Below, piece after piece: positions 58,463 to 64,000 of a stretch of DNA of 64,000 bases (within the stretch, counting starts at the first letter, position 1; every line of letters begins with the position of its first letter). Location of the stretch: positions 1-64,000 of the forward strand of contig JBEKXL010000001.1 of assembly GCA_049512075.1 (NCBI GenBank). Reading direction: 5' to 3'. The notes under the pieces are model-generated. The model was not told the DNA's origin. It did not search any database and saw nothing but the letters and a program-made list of their open reading frames with translations. The DNA is from Candidatus Bathyarchaeia archaeon (GTDB taxonomy: Archaea; Thermoproteota; Bathyarchaeia; Bathyarchaeales; Bathycorpusculaceae). Made by a program: the position numbers and the translations under genes.

Positions 58463-59176
58463 TTGCTTAAAATACTGTTCATAAATCCGCTAGGCACTGA
58501 TGTTTACGACAAGCACATGTTGGACGCCATAAATGAGGTTAAGAGAAGTGACGTAAGAGCCAAAGTCGTTCATCTGCGCAAGGGTCCAGTTCATGTGGAG
58601 TATCACTACTACGAGCATTTGAACCTCGGTGAAACTCTAGATTGGGTGAGGTGGGCTGAAAAGGAAGGATACGATGCAGTTGTCGTGGGTTGCTTCTACG
58701 ACCTAGGAATCAGAGAAGCGAGGGAGCTCGTTTCGATACCTGTGATTTTTCCTGCAGAGGCTACGATGCATGTGGCTGCGACTCTTGGGCACAAGTTTTC
58801 CATAATTGTGGGCAGGCGAAAGTCGATTCCACGGATGGAGAGCAATGTGTATATCTATGGGCTTGAGAGGAAACTCGCCTCTTTCAGAACGATAGATTTT
58901 ACAGTTCCGAGGATGTTCTCTGAACCTGAGAAGCTTAAGAAGGCCATCTTGACTGAGGCCAGGAAGGCAGTGGAGGAAGACGGCGCTGAAGTCATAGTCT
59001 TAGGATGTACTATGCAGTCTGGATTCATGAAAGATTTAACGAAAAAGTTGAAAGTGCCCGTTCTCGACGCCGTTGTAACCTCGTGGAAGTATGCTGAAAT
59101 GATGGCTGATTTATACCGCAAAGTGGGCTTGATGCACTCAAAGCTTTATGGGTACGAGGCTCCTCCCGACGCGTAG
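58463..59176 (+). CDS. Asp/Glu/hydantoin racemase family protein
   Basis: INP, GCFYDLG and LGCT: both catalytic cysteines present. Confidence 0.88.
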   Translation: MLKILFINPLGTDVYDKHMLDAINEVKRSDVRAKVVHLRKGPVHVEYHYYEHLNLGETLDWVRWAEKEGYDAVVVGCFYDLGIREARELVSIPVIFPAEATMHVAATLGHKFSIIVGRRKSIPRMESNVYIYGLERKLASFRTIDFTVPRMFSEPEKLKKAILTEARKAVEEDGAEVIVLGCTMQSGFMKDLTKKLKVPVLDAVVTSWKYAEMMADLYRKVGLMHSKLYGYEAPPDA

Positions 59177-59356
59177 ACCACTCCAAAGGCTCTGCTGTCC
59201 CGCGTTTAGATAGCTTTCTCCAGTACGGGTCAATTGAAACTCTTTTGCGAACAGTAGACGTGCACCCAAAAGATTACAGATTAATCACGTGTCATCCTCT
59301 GCGGAGTCTTGGACTTAACGTGCAGAGGTGTCCGCATTAAAAAAATGAGGAGTGTG

Positions 59357-60067
59357 TTATGGCGTTCTCTTCTTTTTGTAGGGGTCCATAAAGGCCTTTT
59401 TGCTGTGCGAGAGGTTGAGCTTTACTAGATCTTCGGCAATTTTCAATGCTACTAAGCCAGGATCGATGACGGGCACTTTGAGCTTCTTCTGCAATATTTC
59501 GGCGATGTTGAGAAGGCTTCCGCAGCCCATGACCAGGACTTCAGCCCCGTCCTCGTTGATGGCTTTCTTGCCCGCTTCCAGTAACTCCTTGCAAAGCGCA
59601 TCGAAATCCTTCTTTATGTCAAGAACCTTTGTTTCGATTATTCTCGCTGACGCTAGCTTGTGCTGTAGTCCATAAATTGTTATTTTGTCTGCGAATAGAC
59701 TAGCGGCTCCACAACCGCCAACGCCTATCACTGAGAATTTTCTCCCCAGGATTGACGCTAGGTGGACGGCTGGTTCGTTTATGCCAACTACGGGTATGTG
59801 CAACGCTTCTTTTATCGCTTCTAGTGCTGGATCGCCGAAACAGTAGTCTATGACGGCGTCGTATCCTTCTTTTTCAGCTTTTTCTGCCTCAAGCAATGTG
59901 GGTAGGGCTGCCCAAGCCTCGTCGTAGAGTTGCTCAATCGAGTCTGGACCTTTTTTCAGGTTTATTACGGTTATCTCTGTGTCAGGGTCTTTGTATTTCT
60001 CGTATGCTTCTCTGATCATTTCAGTCCAAAGGTTCGTTGTCACTGGTACGATGACTTTTATTCGCAT
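59357..60067 (-). CDS. Asp/Glu/hydantoin racemase family protein (second paralog)
   Basis: GPDSIE, YCFGDP, MGCG and PVIDP motifs. Confidence 0.88.
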   Translation of the reverse strand: MRIKVIVPVTTNLWTEMIREAYEKYKDPDTEITVINLKKGPDSIEQLYDEAWAALPTLLEAEKAEKEGYDAVIDYCFGDPALEAIKEALHIPVVGINEPAVHLASILGRKFSVIGVGGCGAASLFADKITIYGLQHKLASARIIETKVLDIKKDFDALCKELLEAGKKAINEDGAEVLVMGCGSLLNIAEILQKKLKVPVIDPGLVALKIAEDLVKLNLSHSKKAFMDPYKKKRTP

Positions 60068-60260
60068 GTTGAAACCTCGGGTTAGTGTAGACCTATGTGG
60101 TGATTTAAGTCTTTCGAGCTTAAACTAAGTCACGTATGGGAGCCGGCTCTGTGCGGATGCCAATTGATGTATTTGATGCGGCTATCCAGTCCTAGCGACG
60201 TTCCGAAAGGAAAATTCTTTTAAACTATGCAACATAAATGAACGGACAGTATGATGCTCT

Positions 60261-61306
60261 ATGACCGAGTATTACGAGTATGAGTTGGGCAAAGCTGCGA
60301 AGATTCTGATTAATGAACTTGTAAAAGTCAAGCCAGGAGAAGTTGTGGCGATAACCGCTGACACCGGATCTGACAGAAGGGTCGTGAGTGCAACGGCTGC
60401 TGCGGCTTTTGCTGCCGGCGGGCTGCCCTTGGTTATGACGATAGCGTCCCCTTTGGGAGTTGGGAAAGAATCTGACGCGATGACCCCTGTGAAGGCTCTG
60501 GGAGCGGCTTTGAGAGAAGCAGACGTTTGGATAGAGTACAACCAACAATGGCTGCAGTACTCAACGACTTATGAGATTGCGACCAAGGGAAACAAGAAAT
60601 TGAGATACTTGTGTTATGTCACGATGAATGCCGACATGATGACGAGGGTAATAGGCCGAATCGATTATGCCACGCAGAAGGCTTTTCAGATAAAGCTTCA
60701 CGACTTGACTTCGGCTTCTAGGCACATGAGGATTACAACGCCGCGGGCACGGATGTTGAGTTCGACAATCCATCCAAGGTGTGCATGACGAACTCGTACG
60801 GCTACGCCGAGGTTCCTGGTCAACACCTGTTAGCAGGACAAATAGGCTGGAGACCTGTGGTGGAGTCTATCAACGGGATGATAGTCTTTGACGGATCTAT
60901 AGTTCCGCCAATCGGCGTGGTCAAAACCCCCGTCAAACTTCATGTTAAGCATGGAAAAGTTGTGAGGTTTGAAGGCGGTGATGAGGCTTTGAAGTATGAA
61001 TCGTGGCTTAAGAGCTTCAAAGATCCGCTTATGTTGACGTTGGCTCACGCGTGCTATGGTGTCAACCCAGGAGCTAATCTGACTGGAAACATCCTTGAGG
61101 ACGAAAGGGTGTGGGCGTGCACCGAATGGGGATTGGGTTACGTGGGTCCGTTCTTTGCTCCACCCAACGGCATTCCCGCATCAACCCACACGGATGGAAT
61201 ATGCCTCAACTCTTCTGTGTGGCTAGATGGGGAACAGATTCTGGACAGGGGAAGGTTCATACACCCCGAGTTGGCGAAGTTGGCAAAGAAACTGGGCAAG
61301 AAATAG
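60261..61306 (+). pseudogene. M29-fold NicX-like protein split by one frameshift
   Basis: Track ORFs 60261-60788 and 60779-61306 join as TTP(A)GTDVEFDN if one base is restored near 60744; paralog of 54890-55930. Confidence 0.8.
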
Positions 61307-61352
61307 CGACCTCGACGGAATGTTCCAGTCTTGCAAGACAGTGACAGACCTG

Positions 61353-62324
61353 TCATTTGGTTATCAGGTGGCAGGCGACTTGATGTTCGGGTTCCACTGT
61401 CACGAAGGTTGGTTGTTTACTTCTGCACGTTTCTGTTGCGAATGAGCATCTAGTATGGAAGCGGCAGCCTGGTGGCGGATTGATGGCGCTTGGAACTTCG
61501 CCCCTTGATATTATCTCTTTGGGCTTAAGCTTCTCCTCCTTGTCCGTTAACACAGGTATAGAGGAGAGCAACATCTGGGTGTAGGGATGCACAGGGTTTC
61601 GGAAGAAAGTTGCGGTAGGAGCAAACTCGACGATTTGGGCTAGATACATTATGGCAACCCTTGAAGACACGTTTCTCATAAGGCTTAGATCGTGAGTTAT
61701 GAATAAGTATGACAGGTTGAGTTCACGTTGCAGCCTCATGAGCACCTTCATGATTTTTGCCTGGATTGAAACATCCAGGGCTGATGTGGGTTCATCAAGC
61801 ACTATGAAAGAAGGGTTTGTAGCTATGGCCCTGGCGATAGCGACCGCCTGCCTTTCCCCTCCACCCAAGTCTTTCGGCCGCCTCTCTTTGAAATCTTCAG
61901 GAGGCAGCTCGACAGCATCAAGCAGCTCAGATACTCTTTTGTCATATTCTTCATGGCTTTTTGCCAGTCCCTGAATTTTCAACGGTTGTCCTACCACGTC
62001 TTTGACTGTCTTTGTAGGATTCAAGGAAGAAGCGGGATCTTGGAAGACGATTGCAAGATTCTTCTTCAAGTATTTTGGACGTTTCTTGGCGTGCATTGAG
62101 ATGTCGTTGCCTTTGAAGAGTATTCTTCCTGAAGTGGGCGTGTAGATACCCATAACTACGTAGCCAGTGGTGCTCTTGCCAGAACCTGATTCGCCCACTA
62201 AGCCGAAGGTTTCGCCTGCTTTCACCGTGAAGTTTATTTCATCTATTGCCCTGACTACTCCGAAACTGGTTTTGAAATGTTTTGTCAGATTTTCTACTAC
62301 CAGTAAATCCTCGTTCTTGTCCAT
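61353..62324 (-). CDS. Oligopeptide/dipeptide ABC transporter ATPase (OppF/DppF-like)
   Basis: GESGSGKS, LDEPTSALD, HPYT and GCRFHTRC; signature variant LGGGERQ. Confidence 0.93.
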   Translation of the reverse strand: MDKNEDLLVVENLTKHFKTSFGVVRAIDEINFTVKAGETFGLVGESGSGKSTTGYVVMGIYTPTSGRILFKGNDISMHAKKRPKYLKKNLAIVFQDPASSLNPTKTVKDVVGQPLKIQGLAKSHEEYDKRVSELLDAVELPPEDFKERRPKDLGGGERQAVAIARAIATNPSFIVLDEPTSALDVSIQAKIMKVLMRLQRELNLSYLFITHDLSLMRNVSSRVAIMYLAQIVEFAPTATFFRNPVHPYTQMLLSSIPVLTDKEEKLKPKEIISRGEVPSAINPPPGCRFHTRCSFATETCRSKQPTFVTVEPEHQVACHLITK

Positions 62325-62330
62325 TACCGC

Positions 62331-63302
62331 TCATCTCTTATTGTACAACCAGCAGGCAACCTTGTGGTTGTCGGCATCGACTTCCAGAAGCCGGGGCCTT
62401 TCCTTTCTGCATATCTCCATTGCATATTTGCAACGTGGATTGAACCTGCAACCGGGTGGAGGGTTAACGTAGTCTGGAATTCTTCCTGGGATACCTTCTG
62501 AAAATCCTTCCCCAGTCAACTTGGGAACAGATTTCAGGAGCCCTTGCGTGTAAGGATGCAGAGGGTTCGAGAACAATTTTCCTGTTTCTGAAGACTCTAT
62601 CATGTTTCCAGCGTACATGACATAAACAGTGTCGACCGTGTTTCTTATAGTCCCAAGTGCGTGGGATATCAGGATTATTGACAGGTTCTTCCTATTTACC
62701 AGGTCCTTCATAAGACGCAAAACTTGGTCTTGAATTGTTACGTCAAGGCTGGTGGTCGGCTCGTCAGCAATCAGAAGATCCTTTGCGGTGGCCAGCGACA
62801 TTGCTATGCAAACTCTCTGACGCATGCCGCCACTTAACTGAAAGGGGTAACTGTCAAGCACTCTTTCAGGATCCGGAAGTGAAACCTCCTTGAGAGCGTC
62901 TATGGATTTTTCACGAAGCAGTTTTTTTGTGGCTTTTTCGTGGTCAAAATTGCCTGAGTACTTTATCACGTCTCCGAGTATTTCTCCTACCTTGAATACC
63001 GGATTGAGGGCGGCAGTGGGATCTTGAAATATCATAGTAAGGTTTTTTCTTCTTATTTGGTTCAATTGTTTTTTGCCGATTTTCAGCATCTCGTGTCCTT
63101 GAAAACTTATTTCTCCGCCATCGATTACGGCGTTAGACGCCAGAATCCCAAGTATAGCCTTCATCGTGGTAGTCTTGCCGCAACCAGATTCGCCAATGAT
63201 CCCAACTTTCTCGCTCTTACGTAGGGCGAAGTCCACCCCGTTCAAGACATTCAGCTTGCCCAAGTACGTCTTGAAGCCTATGAAAAGGTTTCTCACTTCC
63301 AA
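62331..63302 (-). CDS. Oligopeptide/dipeptide ABC transporter ATPase (OppD/DppD-like)
   Basis: GESGCGKT, LSGGMRQR, ADEPTT and GCRFNPRC motifs. Confidence 0.93.
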   Translation of the reverse strand: MEVRNLFIGFKTYLGKLNVLNGVDFALRKSEKVGIIGESGCGKTTTMKAILGILASNAVIDGGEISFQGHEMLKIGKKQLNQIRRKNLTMIFQDPTAALNPVFKVGEILGDVIKYSGNFDHEKATKKLLREKSIDALKEVSLPDPERVLDSYPFQLSGGMRQRVCIAMSLATAKDLLIADEPTTSLDVTIQDQVLRLMKDLVNRKNLSIILISHALGTIRNTVDTVYVMYAGNMIESSETGKLFSNPLHPYTQGLLKSVPKLTGEGFSEGIPGRIPDYVNPPPGCRFNPRCKYAMEICRKERPRLLEVDADNHKVACWLYNKR

Positions 63303-63314
63303 GAAAGGCTCCGT

Positions 63315-64000
63315 CTATCTTGCCTCCTCAACGAAAATGTCTCGAATTCCATCTCCTAAAAGATTGAAGCCTAGAATTATGACGATGATTGCCACGGCGG
63401 GAAACATGCTTATCCACCACTGGCCAGGCAGAAAAATAGAACCCCCGGCGACCATTGTGCCGAGATCTGGTGTTGGAGGCTGAGCGCCCAAACCTACAAA
63501 GCTCAGTGCAGAGCCTAGGAGTATTACCCAGCCCACATCCAACGTTATCTTGGTCAGAATTGACCCGAGACAATTTGGAAGGATTTCGTTGAACATTATT
63601 CGGAAAGAATTTTCGCCCATGACTTCTGACGCTTGAACAAAGTATTCATTTCTCAAAGCTGATGCAGCGTTATATGTTAACCTTGTGTACCAAGGCCACC
63701 ACATCAGTGAGACAGCCATCATCGAGTTGAATGCGCTGGGGGTCAGCACGGAAGCTATTGACAAAGCCAGTATGAGTGGAGGGACGGCTATGAACACGTC
63801 TGATATTCTCATGACCAGCGTGTCGATCCATGAGCCCCTGTAGTATCCTGCGATTAAACCCAGTACTATCCCAGGCGGTACAACGAGTAGCAACACTACC
63901 CCAGCCATCATAAGCGAGTATTGAAACCCAAAGACAGTTCGGGTAAACACGTCCCTCCCCAGTTGATCAGTTCCAAACAGGTACTTCGAACTTGGAGGCA
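63315..64000 (-). CDS. Oligopeptide/dipeptide ABC permease (OppC/DppC-like), 5' end outside window
   Basis: FGTDQLGRDVF, EYFVQAS..G and LSFVGLGAQPPTPDLG motifs. Confidence 0.92.
   Translation of the reverse strand, partial: PPSSKYLFGTDQLGRDVFTRTVFGFQYSLMMAGVVLLLVVPPGIVLGLIAGYYRGSWIDTLVMRISDVFIAVPPLILALSIASVLTPSAFNSMMAVSLMWWPWYTRLTYNAASALRNEYFVQASEVMGENSFRIMFNEILPNCLGSILTKITLDVGWVILLGSALSFVGLGAQPPTPDLGTMVAGGSIFLPGQWWISMFPAVAIIVIILGFNLLGDGIRDIFVEEAR

Overview
Archaeal chromosomal segment, most consistent with Bathyarchaeia (inferred from an archaeal histone, eS25/eS17/uS15, split Kae1/Bud32, a TFE-beta/Rpc34-like gene, dockerin/CARDB surface proteins, HdrABC and peptide ABC transporters). Intact housekeeping blocks alternate with decayed accessory patches holding about a dozen gene remnants, and there is one IS200/IS605-family tnpB-only element whose TnpB lacks the zinc finger. 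Strongest second-look signals: (1) alternating (CG)n tracts of 8-9 nt that, by eye, occur only outside intact genes and repeatedly sit at the breakpoints of truncated genes; (2) a trpB2 plus SerK-like operon divergent from a TrpY-like regulator with TGTACA boxes; (3) a secreted protein with Cys-Gln thioester-domain motifs; (4) hdrABC linked to acyl-CoA dehydrogenase and etfAB without a hydrogenase; (5) a pilin/roadblock/LIM-like gene cluster; (6) a catabolic island with NicX-like M29-fold paralogs, two hydantoin-racemase-family genes, DUF917 and an Opp transporter. All calls come from reading motifs by eye; no searches were run. No tRNA, rRNA or CRISPR array was recognised.
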